From: Bacteroidales bacterium
GTDB lineage: Bacteria > Bacteroidota > Bacteroidia > Bacteroidales > JAEINX01
Reading direction: 5' to 3'
Assembly: GCA_016342645.1 (NCBI GenBank)
Contig: JAEINX010000002.1
Coordinates: 23,804 to 87,803, forward strand
DNA: 64,000 nt
Positions 34,977 to 45,800 of this stretch are shown piece by piece. The notes under the pieces were generated by a model that was given only the letters and a program-made list of their open reading frames with translations, was not told where the DNA came from and ran no database searches. Each line of letters begins with the position of its first letter. Within the stretch, counting starts at the first letter, position 1. The position numbers and the translations under genes are program-made.

Positions 34977-36215
34977 ATGACAAACAAACCAACCTACGAA
35001 GAGCTTGAAAAACAATTAGATGAATTAAAGAAAACTCTGGATGCGAAAAACCAACTTGCTGAGCTAAATAAATTGAAACTTAATTTTTTAACCAATTTAT
35101 CTCATCAAATCCGTACGAAAATGAATACGATAATCGGGTTTTCAAATTTATTAATTAATCCCGATATAAAATTAAAAGACAAACAAGAATTTATTAATCA
35201 TATTAATAATACCGGAAATGTTCTTTTACATTTAGGTGATGATATTGTTGACATAGCCCAAATTGAAGTTGGAGAAATAAAAATTATTGAAACTGAATGC
35301 CAGATCAATAAAATTTTAAATGAGATTCATTTATCATTCAATAAATTGAGACAAACAAAAAACAAAAATAACATAGAAATAATATTTAAATCTGGAATTT
35401 CCCATCCTGATTTCACGATTCTAACTGACCCATTCAGGCTTCAGCAAATAATATCCAATTTAACAGAAAATTCGCTCCGATTTACTGATTTCGGCTCTAT
35501 TGAATTTGGATATTCATTGAAAAAATCGGCAAACCAAAACGAAAAAGAATTCATTGAGTTTTATGTTAAAGATACAGGTATTGGAATACCGAAAGAAAAA
35601 ATCAAGAATGTTTTCGACAGGATTAATTTATCGAAAGAGCCTTATATAAAAAAGACAAACGGTTTAGGGCTTGGACTTACTATTTCTGCCAGTTTAGTTA
35701 AAATACTGGGAGGAAATATTTGGATAGAATCTGAAGTGGGAAAAGGGACTTCTATTTATTTTACGATTCCCTATAAGCCAATCAAAAAATCATTAAAACA
35801 AAAACAATCAATAAAAAACGAGCAAAAAAAATATAATTGGAATGGTAAAATAATACTTGTTGTTGAAGATGATGATTTGAATTATTGTCTTATTGAAAAA
35901 ATGCTTCAAAACACTAAAGCCGAATTGATTTGGGTGAAAAACGGCAAACAAGCTGTTGATCTGTGCCGAAATAATTCGGAAATTAATCTTGTTCTAATGG
36001 ACATTCAACTACCAGAACTAGATGGTTATGAAGCAACAAGACAAATTACTAAATTCCGAAAAAACCTCCCGATAATTTCTCAAACTGCTTTCGGGATGGC
36101 CGGCGAAAAAGAAAAAAGCCTAAATGCAGGTTGCGACGATTATCTTTCTAAACCATTAAGTGCTAAAAAACTACTTTATACGATTGAAAAACATATTAAT
36201 CCCATAGCAAACTAA
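34977..36215 (+). CDS. Hybrid sensor histidine kinase/response regulator (HisKA-HATPase_c-REC, no obvious sensor domain)
   Basis: H-box NFLTNLSHQIRTKMNTIIGF, G-box GLGLGLTISASLV..GG.IW.ES..GKGT, and REC ILVVEDDDLN...VLMDIQLPELDG...DDYLSKP. The first ATG is at 34977. The track ORF starts with TTG at 34935. Confidence 0.85.
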   Translation: MTNKPTYEELEKQLDELKKTLDAKNQLAELNKLKLNFLTNLSHQIRTKMNTIIGFSNLLINPDIKLKDKQEFINHINNTGNVLLHLGDDIVDIAQIEVGEIKIIETECQINKILNEIHLSFNKLRQTKNKNNIEIIFKSGISHPDFTILTDPFRLQQIISNLTENSLRFTDFGSIEFGYSLKKSANQNEKEFIEFYVKDTGIGIPKEKIKNVFDRINLSKEPYIKKTNGLGLGLTISASLVKILGGNIWIESEVGKGTSIYFTIPYKPIKKSLKQKQSIKNEQKKYNWNGKIILVVEDDDLNYCLIEKMLQNTKAELIWVKNGKQAVDLCRNNSEINLVLMDIQLPELDGYEATRQITKFRKNLPIISQTAFGMAGEKEKSLNAGCDDYLSKPLSAKKLLYTIEKHINPIAN

Positions 36216-36989
36216 GTGAAACTTTTTTATAGAAATTTTGGTGCCGGGCAGCCTTTAATTGTTCTTCACGGATTATTCGGTATTTCTGATAATTGGATTC
36301 CATTTGGTAAGTTAATGGCTCAAAAAAACTTTAATGTTTTGATTCCCGATTTAAGAAATCACGGGCAATCTCCGCATTCTGATATTTTTGATTATCAAAG
36401 TATGGTTCAGGATTTAGTGAATTTTATAAATGACAATAAAATTAAAAACCCGATTATTCTCGGCCATTCAATGGGTGGGAAAATTGCTATGAATTATGCT
36501 CTCGAAAATCCTTTAAAAGTTAGTAAATTAATCATTGTTGATGTAAGCCTGAGAACATATACAAAAAAGACTCACCATATTGCACTTGCAAATGCAATGC
36601 TTTCAATTAATTTTTCCATAGCCAAAACAAGAGCAGACATCGAAAAACAACTCTTACCTGAGATTAGTGATAAGAGGATCAGAAACTTTTTGATGAAAAA
36701 TATTAAAAGAAAAAATAAGAGCTGCTACGATTGGAAAATTAATATGGAAAGTATTTATAGTAATATTGATCGTGTTTATGAAGGAATTAATGTTGAAAGT
36801 ACTTTTGATGGCCCAACAATTTTTATCAGAGGAGGTATCTCGACTTATGTTTCGGAGGATGATTACCTGGAGATAAAAAAATATTTCCCAAATTCAAAAA
36901 TACATACAATCGAAAATGCCTCGCATTGGGTTCAGGTTGACGCTCCCGATCAATTTATTGCTTTAATTGATGGATTTATAGGGGTGTAG
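36216..36989 (+). CDS. Alpha/beta hydrolase (YbfF-like esterase)
   Basis: Nucleophile elbow GHSMGG, HGLFG oxyanion region, C-terminal ASHW. Starts with GTG immediately after the upstream stop. Confidence 0.8.
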   Translation: MKLFYRNFGAGQPLIVLHGLFGISDNWIPFGKLMAQKNFNVLIPDLRNHGQSPHSDIFDYQSMVQDLVNFINDNKIKNPIILGHSMGGKIAMNYALENPLKVSKLIIVDVSLRTYTKKTHHIALANAMLSINFSIAKTRADIEKQLLPEISDKRIRNFLMKNIKRKNKSCYDWKINMESIYSNIDRVYEGINVESTFDGPTIFIRGGISTYVSEDDYLEIKKYFPNSKIHTIENASHWVQVDAPDQFIALIDGFIGV

Positions 36990-37062
36990 AATAGGTTTGA
37001 AATTGATTTTTTCTTTGTGATTTTTTGGTGATTGTAAATTTAATGTTCCAAATAACACTTAT

Positions 37063-37905
37063 TTATCCTGCCAATTCTTGCTGCCTTTTTCTATAAACTC
37101 TTTTTGAGATTAAAATACTAATTTCGTATAGTGCTATAAGCGGGATACAAACCAGTATTTGGCTGAACACATCCGGCGGAGTTATAATTGCTGATAAAAT
37201 CAGGCAAATTACCAACATGTATTTTCTGTTTTTCTTCAAAAACGAAGGAGTTACAAGTCCTACTTTTGTGAAAAAATACATAAAAATAGGAAGTTCAAAA
37301 ACAATGCCGACAGCAAATGTAACCGAAACAACTGTGTTGACATAAGATTTCAAAGAAACCTGATTTTGAACAAATTCGCTAACATGATAAGTGCCAAGAA
37401 AATTTACGGTCAGTGGAACTATCAGAAAATAACTAAATAGAATTCCGATAATAAAAAGCAAACTGCTTGAAATCACAGCATAGTTGGTGTATTTACGTTC
37501 GTTTTTATATAATGCCGGTTTTATAAAACTCCAAATTTCCCAAATTATATAAGGAATTGTTATAATTATTCCTGCTATAATAGAAATATACATGTGGGTA
37601 AGAAATTGCCCCGACATTTTAATATTAATTATTGTTAGGTTGAAAGACTCGAAACACAATGATTTAAATGATAGAATATCAGCTAACTTACAAAGTACTC
37701 GGTTTGTGATAAATTCAGAATCACGAGGGGCAAGAATAATTTCATCGAAAATAATTTTCCGGTTCAGAAATGCAACAACAGCAAAAACAATAACGGCAAT
37801 TATTGAACGGGTTATGTGCCATCGCAATTCCTCAAGATGTTGCCAAAACGACATTTCTTCCTGGACTTTATTATTGTCTTGGGTGTTGTCGGAAACATCT
37901 GTCAT
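37063..37905 (-). CDS. tatC: Twin-arginine translocase subunit TatC
   Basis: MSFWQHLEELRWHITRSIIAVIVF... with six TM segments, typical of TatC. Confidence 0.9.
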   Translation of the reverse strand: MTDVSDNTQDNNKVQEEMSFWQHLEELRWHITRSIIAVIVFAVVAFLNRKIIFDEIILAPRDSEFITNRVLCKLADILSFKSLCFESFNLTIINIKMSGQFLTHMYISIIAGIIITIPYIIWEIWSFIKPALYKNERKYTNYAVISSSLLFIIGILFSYFLIVPLTVNFLGTYHVSEFVQNQVSLKSYVNTVVSVTFAVGIVFELPIFMYFFTKVGLVTPSFLKKNRKYMLVICLILSAIITPPDVFSQILVCIPLIALYEISILISKRVYRKRQQELAG

Positions 37906-37957
37906 TTATTTTTTCTGTCTTTTTGGTTATTTGATTTTGGACAAAAATTTATTTTCC

Positions 37958-38596
37958 TTATTTCTTTCCTGACAAATATTCAGAAATTCCCTGGTGGGTT
38001 TCTTTTATTCCGTTTTCTCCTTTTTTCCAATTTGCAGGGCAAGATTCGTCAAATTCTTCATAAAATTGCCAGGCATCAATCAAACGCAAAACTTCATCCA
38101 CATTCCGGCCCAATGGTAAATCATTTATAAGCTGATGACGTATAATTCCTTGTTTGTCGATGATAAACAAGCCACGATATGCTACCGGTTCACCATTGAA
38201 AACAATTTCGTGGTCATCTTCATCGTAATCGTATTCGCCGGCAAGGACTTCAAAATTTTCGGAAATAGTTTTTGATAAATCCGAAACCAAAGGGAATGTA
38301 ACTCCTTTTATTCCACCATAATTTTTCTGAGTATTTAACCACGCATAATGTGAAAATTTTGAATCGACCGAGCAGCCTACAACAACAGTATTCCTTTTTT
38401 CAAATTCGCTGAGCTTTTTTTGAAAAGCAAGAATTTCTGTCGGGCAAACAAATGTAAAATCTAAAGGATAAAAGAAAAAAACAACATATTTTTTCCCAAT
38501 AAACTGAGCAAGCGAAAATTTTTCAACAAATTCACCGCCATTAATTACGGCATCTGCTTCAAATAATGGAGCTCTTTTTCCAACTAAAACTGACAT
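37958..38596 (-). CDS. 2-Cys peroxiredoxin (AhpC/Prx1 family)
   Basis: FFFYPLDFTFVCPTEI active site. The ATG at 38596 (MSVLVGKRAP) is supported by TAAATTTG at 38623-38630. Confidence 0.9.
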   Translation of the reverse strand: MSVLVGKRAPLFEADAVINGGEFVEKFSLAQFIGKKYVVFFFYPLDFTFVCPTEILAFQKKLSEFEKRNTVVVGCSVDSKFSHYAWLNTQKNYGGIKGVTFPLVSDLSKTISENFEVLAGEYDYDEDDHEIVFNGEPVAYRGLFIIDKQGIIRHQLINDLPLGRNVDEVLRLIDAWQFYEEFDESCPANWKKGENGIKETHQGISEYLSGKK

Positions 38597-38622
38597 TTTT
38601 TTATTTTTTAAATTTCTTAATA

Positions 38623-38630
38623 CAAATTTA
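38623..38630 (-). promoter_or_regulatory. -7 promoter box TAAATTTG for the peroxiredoxin gene
   Basis: The plus strand reads caaattta. It sits 27 nt upstream of the ATG at 38596. Confidence 0.45.
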
Positions 38631-38666
38631 TACAAAATTGTTTGCAAAAGAACAGATTAAATTAAA

Positions 38667-40151
38667 TTATTCTTGAATTTCGTTTATATCGAACAAAATG
38701 ATTCTGTCTTTTTCAAAATCATACAAAGTAAGTTTGCGAAGCTCGAAATAATTCACCCAATAAGATTGCAAGGCTCTGCTATATTCCTTTTGCGATCGGT
38801 CGGAATCAATTTGTGCATTATTCAATTCCAAAACATCATTCACTTTTCCGATAAGATATCTTTGTTGAGTAATTTCATAACGTTTTTGAGCAACGGTATC
38901 TGCTTTTGCAGCAATAAACAATTGATTTTTCTGCATACCAAACTGCATTACATTCAAGAAAATGTTTTGCTCAAAATCTATTCTCTCCTGCTCAACCGAA
39001 GTGATTACTAACTCCTGTTTTGATTCAGCCATTTTCATTTTTCCCTTTGCCAATCCCCAATCCATTATTGGGATACTTAATCCTAAAGTTAATTGTTGTT
39101 GATCCAGTGGAGTTTTATAGGCATCTTCAAGAGTTGATGCACTTTGAGTTAATCCATAAACTGCATATAATTCAGCATCAAATCTGTTGTTTAATCGTGC
39201 AAAATTCATTTCGCTTGCAGCCTGAAGTAAACGTTTTTCAAAATTAAGTCCGGTTGAAGTGTTTTTCTTGGCTTCATCAATAGCTTTTTGAACCGGTATA
39301 TCAAAATGTAATGTATTTATTGGGGGAATCAGATTAATTTTTTCGTCATCCTTAATTCGTAAAAATGATTTGAATATAAAAATAATATTTTCCAAATTTA
39401 ATTCGGCTGTTTCAATTGAAGATTTTGCACGTAATAAGTTTAATTCAAGTTGTAATAATTCATTTTCGGCTATCTTTCCGAGGTTAAATCTTCCGAGAGC
39501 AATATGATATAAAGTGTCATAATTCGATCTGTTTTTTATTGCAATTTTTTTATCAATCTGAGCTAATAATAAATTAAAAAAATGATTAACGGCAGTAATG
39601 GAAACCTGTTCAACATCTTCGAGATATTTACTTTTTGCCTCAAGGTATTTTAAAGGCTCAATTTTTTTATCCCATTTATAAGCATTGTACTTAAAAAGAG
39701 GTTGCGAATAGCCTATATTTATAGGTGTTGTCAAGTAAGAAGTTACTGTTGAATCTTTATAATCATCCAAACGACGTAAACCGGATCGGACAAAAAATTC
39801 GCCTCCGGTAATTCCTATTTTCTGGTTTAGTGACATAGTTAAAGAAGCTTTTGTAGAATTACTTTCTCTGTACGCAATGCTGCCATCTGGTTGAAAAATA
39901 GGATCTATCGATCTGTTAATATCTGGAATTGTCCCATCAAGTCGAAGTGAAGGAAGATAATCTGCTTTAAAAGTTTTAAATTCCCAAAAACTTGAACGAA
40001 ACCTATGCTTAGCCATTAAAGCATCAGGTGATTGCTTTTTTGCTAATTCAATAACATCCTGCAAACTTAACCATCTTAAATTTTCTTGGGCAGAAACGGA
40101 AAAGAATGAAATTATTAAAAGAATAATTAATAGAATTTTAGTATTTTTCAT
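38667..40151 (-). CDS. TolC-family outer-membrane efflux protein
   Basis: 494 aa with a signal peptide and two OEP-type repeats (..LSLQDVIELAKKQSPDAL.., ..AELNLENI.. coiled segments). Confidence 0.8.
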   Translation of the reverse strand: MKNTKILLIILLIISFFSVSAQENLRWLSLQDVIELAKKQSPDALMAKHRFRSSFWEFKTFKADYLPSLRLDGTIPDINRSIDPIFQPDGSIAYRESNSTKASLTMSLNQKIGITGGEFFVRSGLRRLDDYKDSTVTSYLTTPINIGYSQPLFKYNAYKWDKKIEPLKYLEAKSKYLEDVEQVSITAVNHFFNLLLAQIDKKIAIKNRSNYDTLYHIALGRFNLGKIAENELLQLELNLLRAKSSIETAELNLENIIFIFKSFLRIKDDEKINLIPPINTLHFDIPVQKAIDEAKKNTSTGLNFEKRLLQAASEMNFARLNNRFDAELYAVYGLTQSASTLEDAYKTPLDQQQLTLGLSIPIMDWGLAKGKMKMAESKQELVITSVEQERIDFEQNIFLNVMQFGMQKNQLFIAAKADTVAQKRYEITQQRYLIGKVNDVLELNNAQIDSDRSQKEYSRALQSYWVNYFELRKLTLYDFEKDRIILFDINEIQE

Positions 40152-40262
40152 ATTACTGTAAACAATTTTAGATTCTATATATGATTTTATTTAATTGCAT
40201 TTTTCAATTCAAAATTGCAGATTGAAGACTGCCAATTGCCGGCTGAAAATTGTTGGCTTTTT

Positions 40263-41609
40263 CTAATCATGACGCAATGAAGTAACCGGATCCTGATTTG
40301 CAGCTTTTTTTGCCGGCATATATCCAAACAAAATACCTACCGAAGCTGAAACACCAAATGAAATAATAATTGAAAGCGGTGAAATCAGTGTTTTAATATC
40401 AGTAAGTTGCATAACTAATTTAGATAAAACCACCCCAAGCACAATTCCAATAATTCCTCCTGTTATACTAATTATTGTTGCTTCCGAAATGAACTGAAAT
40501 ACAATATCTCTTCTGGTTGCACCGGTTGCCATACGAACTCCAATTTCTCTTATTCTTTCCATTACCGAAGCAAGCATAATATTCATAATACCAATCCCTC
40601 CAACAATCAACGAAATACTTGCAATTGCACCGAGTACAATATTAAAAATATCTTTAGTTCGTTGTTCTTGTTTTAAAAGTAACTCAGGAACTGTAATTTC
40701 AAAATCTGCCACTTCGTTGTGTCTGCGGCTGATCATTTTTTGAAGAATTTTTGTTGTTACGGCAAGATTTTCGCTATCGTCAATTTGAACAACAATTTTA
40801 TCTAATTGGTTAGAATTATCATCTCCACCACTACTATTAAATGAATATGATGCAAAGCCGCCATAAATTACAAAGCTGCTTCCTGATAAAGCAGAACTAT
40901 TTATCAGTGAGCGATCTTTATATCTGAGTAAAACTGTTTGAATGGGTGTATAAATATTATTATTATAATCGCTTATGCCAAGATTTGCAGTTGCGTCTGA
41001 ACTAACATTTCTGTTTTCGAGCACGCCAATAACTTTTAACCAGATATCGCCGCATTTAATATATTTTCCTAAAGGATTTTCCTGCGGAAAAAATTTTGCT
41101 TTAATTGATGGACCGATAATGCAAACAGGGTCTCCATTTCGCATTTGGGTTTTATTAAACATATACCCATTTTGAACATTTAAGTTAAATACTTTGAAAA
41201 AGTCGGGTGTAACGCCATTTAGTTTTGCCGATCTTCGGATACCGTCTTTAATGATATGAGTTTCGTAAGTAACTTCAGGACTGATTCTCACAACGCTCGG
41301 AATAATTTCTTTAATGCTTTGTGCATCTTCAAGAGACAAGCCCGGAGAAAATTTATTTTTTGATGTATTGTTTTGATCTTCATCTTCACCGTTTTTTGAA
41401 AGGTCAAGTATTGGAGTAATGGAAATATTGTTAACCCCCACTAATTTAATTTGTTCGAGAATTTCCTGTTGTGCTCCATTTCCTATTGCCATCATCGTAA
41501 TTACGGCAGCAACACCAAAAATAATTCCAAGAGCCGTAAGAATTGACCGAAATTTATTGGCAAAAACAGCTTCAATGGAAATGCTGAGAATTTGTATATA
41601 TCGTTCCAA
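40263..41609 (-). CDS. ABC transporter permease, MacB/FtsX type (MacB periplasmic core domain + FtsX)
   Basis: N-terminus SISIEAVFANKFRSILTALGIIFGVAAVI. C-terminus ERIREIGVRMATGATRRDI..QF..E and ...PAKKAANQDPVTSLRHD. Confidence 0.85.
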   Translation of the reverse strand: MERYIQILSISIEAVFANKFRSILTALGIIFGVAAVITMMAIGNGAQQEILEQIKLVGVNNISITPILDLSKNGEDEDQNNTSKNKFSPGLSLEDAQSIKEIIPSVVRISPEVTYETHIIKDGIRRSAKLNGVTPDFFKVFNLNVQNGYMFNKTQMRNGDPVCIIGPSIKAKFFPQENPLGKYIKCGDIWLKVIGVLENRNVSSDATANLGISDYNNNIYTPIQTVLLRYKDRSLINSSALSGSSFVIYGGFASYSFNSSGGDDNSNQLDKIVVQIDDSENLAVTTKILQKMISRRHNEVADFEITVPELLLKQEQRTKDIFNIVLGAIASISLIVGGIGIMNIMLASVMERIREIGVRMATGATRRDIVFQFISEATIISITGGIIGIVLGVVLSKLVMQLTDIKTLISPLSIIISFGVSASVGILFGYMPAKKAANQDPVTSLRHD

Positions 41610-41817
41610 TGGTTTAAATTTTTTTGTAAAAATAATATAAATTTGAAATATGTGTTGTTTTTGTAATTAATCAATTATTGAATTTTTTTTTAATTTTGTT
41701 CTTTAAAATATATTATCAATTATTTTGTCAGATAATTTTTGATAAAAATATTATTATTAGTAAAATAAAATTACATTTATAAAAAGTTAATGTTTAACTT
41801 TTACTAAAAACGATTAA

Positions 41818-42636
41818 TTGAAACAAAAAATACAAGAGAAATACTGGGTAGTCACATTCAATTCCGTAATATACTTTTTATTGGCGTATTATTCAGTTAT
41901 TTTACTTACAAATATTTTTTCTTTAATACTTGCCAGAATCTATGGTTTCAAAGGGGTGCTTTATTATTTTGGTTTTGTATTAAATATTAATGATGAACAA
42001 TGGACCGATGATTTAGTTTTTTTTATTTTCTTTTTTGGTATTTCATTTTCACTGTTGATTGGAATAATTTCCGAGAGAATTTATAGAAGGGTAAGAAAAT
42101 CCTCTAATCATGACAAATTATTTTTTTTCTGGGTATATTTAATTTCATTCACTTATTTTTTTGGCAATGTTATAGTTGGAGTGATTTATTATTTCGGTAT
42201 CGGAGCCGTTTTTGCCTATTATTCTATTCCCTTTTTTATTAAATTATTTTTTGGAGTACTTGCATTTTTCGCATTAATATTTCTTGGAAGGTATTCGGTA
42301 AGAAATGCTATCCTTTCATTTAATTCATATTTTCAGGAAGTTAGAGTGGCAGATATTTTAAAATATTTAAATTTACAAATATTATATCCGGCTTTGATAG
42401 GAAATGCCATAATATTATTGGTTAAAATACCTCATCATGCTGAATTTTCTTTTTATGATACATATATTTTTCTTTGTATATTCGTAATTATCTTAACAAT
42501 TTATGCTGCTCGTAATTTTGGGTTACCTATAAAATTCAAAAGAACCGATGATAGTTTCAGTTTGCAAAAAACGCCACTAATCTTGGTTATTTTAATTATT
42601 ATTTTAATTAGAATTGTGTTTGCTTTTGGTATTTAG
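41818..42636 (+). CDS. Polytopic membrane protein, function unknown
   Basis: 272 aa with about 8 hydrophobic segments and a TTG start per the ORF track. I recognise no motif. Confidence 0.45.
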   Translation: MKQKIQEKYWVVTFNSVIYFLLAYYSVILLTNIFSLILARIYGFKGVLYYFGFVLNINDEQWTDDLVFFIFFFGISFSLLIGIISERIYRRVRKSSNHDKLFFFWVYLISFTYFFGNVIVGVIYYFGIGAVFAYYSIPFFIKLFFGVLAFFALIFLGRYSVRNAILSFNSYFQEVRVADILKYLNLQILYPALIGNAIILLVKIPHHAEFSFYDTYIFLCIFVIILTIYAARNFGLPIKFKRTDDSFSLQKTPLILVILIIILIRIVFAFGI

Positions 42637-42800
42637 TTCTTAACCGAAAACGCCAATTTCTTCTTTATTCTTGTTCAAAAAGTCAATCATTCATACGGAC
42701 TGAAGGCTTTCGAATTTCTCAAATGCAACGAAATTATTTTGTGTTTGTCTAATCAATATGATAAAAATTGCAAGATTATTATTCAAATAATATTAAATAA

Positions 42801-45800
42801 ATGAAAAAGCCTATACTTCAAAAAGGATTAATTGCTTCAATTATAATGTCTTTATTTTTGGTAATTTTTCTAACATCAAACCAATCATCAAAACGTGAGA
42901 AATATGAAAATTATCTGAACGGACAATTTGAAAACATCGAAGAATTTTCAAAAGAAGATCTAAAAGAAATGCCCAAACCAACTCGCCCTGATTTGGCTGC
43001 TATTCAGAATTATTATATGACTTTAGACCCTGAATTGGGGAGAGTTCCTCTCGAAAGGCTTGTTGAGGCCTACCATGAAACAAAATTGCAAAGCAAGCAG
43101 GCAAGTTTGAAATCATCTGATCAAATTGAATGGGAAAATATTGATGTTGAAATGGGTGGCCGAACAAGAGCACTAACTTGGGATCAGAACGATCCTTCTC
43201 ATAAAAAAGTCTGGGCAGGAGGCGTTACGGGAGGTTTATGGTATAATGATGATATTACTAACGATTATTCATCATGGATTCCGGTTAACGATTTTTGGCC
43301 AAACCTGGCAATAAGTTGCATTACCTTTGACCCGATTAATTCAAATATTATTTATGTAGGAACCGGTGAAGCACAAACTGCTTTCACAACTTATCGGGAA
43401 TCAACCGGTGTTGGAATTGGAATTTGGAAATCAATAGACGGTGGAATTTCATGGGATTTACTTCCTTCAACCGAATATTTTAAATATATTACAGATATAA
43501 AAGTTAGAAATGAAAATGGTGTAAGTGTTATTTATACCGGTGTTGCTTCAGGTTTTTATCAAGGCATAAATCACCAAAGTATTCCATCAGACGGACTTTA
43601 CAGATCAAACAATGGAGGAGAAACATTTGAGCAGGTTTTGCCAAATATTAGCGATCTGGATGTTCCTTATACTCCTGCCGATATCGAAATTGCCGCCGAT
43701 GGCAGAATTTATATCGGTACTATGCCAAATATAGATGATGAAGGCGGAGCAACAATATTAATGTCTGATGTTGGCACTAGCGGAAATTGGACTGTTTTTG
43801 AAGATTATAGAATTTTGATTGAGCAAGGTGTCGGCGATTTTTATCTGCCCGGACGTGTAATGCTTGCTCCCGCACCTTCAGACGAAAATATTGTTTATGC
43901 TGTCATTGGAGCAGGCTACAATAATGGTTTCAAATATTTTAGAGGAAATTTCATTCTTCGCTCATCAAATAAAGGACAGACATGGATAGAAAAAAATCTT
44001 CCAAACAATGATCCCTCATGGGCTTCGCTGTCTTGGCATGCTTTCATTACTTCTGTTGATCCAAACGATGCAAACAGGGTTTATATTGGCGGGCTCGATG
44101 TTTATAAATCTAATAATGGCGGCAATTCATGGTATCATGTTTCTGACTGGTCTGCTATGTATTGGGGTGGAGGAGATGATTATGTTCATGCCGACCAACA
44201 TGCCCAGGTTTATAATTCAAATTCTTCTAACGAGATGATTTTCGGATCAGATGGTGGGGTATTTTATACTTCGAGTGCAACTAATAATTACCCTGTTTTT
44301 GAACAAAAAAACCTTAATTATAACACATTGCAGTTTTATACTTGTGCAATGTCGCCTCTTTCAAACGATGATACTTATGTTGGAGGCCTTCAGGATAACG
44401 GAACTTTATATTATACAGGTTCTCCAATATCAATCAATGATATGATTGACGGAGGAGATGGCGCTTATTGTTTTATCGACCAGGATCAAGCTGAAATAAT
44501 GATATCATCGGTTTATTATAATAGTTATACAACATTTGTAAACGGAGAGCCACAAGCAAATGCAGGCCAGTCAAGCGGTATCTTTATTAATCCGGCTGCT
44601 TACGATTACGATGATAATATTTTATATGCCAATGCAGTGAATTTCTTTGGCAATTATCAAAACCGTATTTTACGTATTGATGGAATACCTTATTCTCCTG
44701 ATGAAGATTATCTTTATCTAAATACTGGTATTTCAGTTTATTTTTCTCATGTTCAATATTCTCCTTACTCACCTGAAGGAAAAAGCACATTATTTTTAGG
44801 TTCGGTTGCCGGACACTTATTTAAAGTTGAAAATGCGGAATCATCACCAACTGTAACTGATATTGGTAGTGATGAATTCCCAACTGCAAATATTTCTTGT
44901 GTTGCAATTGGCGGTTCTGAAGATACACTTCTCGTAACATTCTCAAATTATGGTGTTTCATCGGTTTGGCAGACTTATGATGGAGGAGCAACATGGCTGG
45001 AAAAGGAAAGCAATCTGCCTGATATGCCGATTCGTTGGGCAATTTATCATCCTCAAAATTCAATGCAGGCTATGCTTGCTACAGAAATTGGAATTTGGAC
45101 AACTATTAATCTTAATAGTCCCGAACCTGTTTGGATTCCCTCGGTCGAAGGAATGGCAAATGTGAGAGTTGATATGTTAAAAGTAAGAGATTCAGATAAT
45201 ACTGTTTTAGCCGCCACTCAGGGCAGGGGACTCTTTACTACTGTTTATGAATTGGAATCTCAACAACAATCTCAAACTATTAGTTTGAATTCCGGTTATC
45301 AATTTGTTTCATCACATCTGTTACCGGAAAATCCTGATATGGAAGTTGTTGTTGATGAAATCTTAGAAAATGGTTTGGTTTTTGTTAGGGGTTCAGAAGG
45401 TACAATGCTTAGTAAAATCGGGCCAACTTGGGTTAACGGTATTGGCGATTGGATAGGAACAGAAGCCTACTTGATTAAATTTGAAGGAGGCGGACAATTT
45501 ACAATTTCAGGTGATTTGATTCCGGTAGTTACTGAAATAAATTTGTCAGCCGGATTTCAGTTTGTAAGTTATTTGCCTCATGTTGAAATTGATGCCATGG
45601 AATCCTTTGCCACAATTATTGGTGATGATTTAATTTTTGTCAGAAATTCAAATGCTTCGATGTTGAGAAAAGTCGGGCCTAATTGGGTTAACGGAATCGG
45701 TAATTGTATCCCAAGCGAGGGTTATCTTGTTAAGATGGCTGATGCTGCTGTTTTGATTTACCCAGAAGAAGGTAAATCTGCTGATAAGAAACACCTTTCA

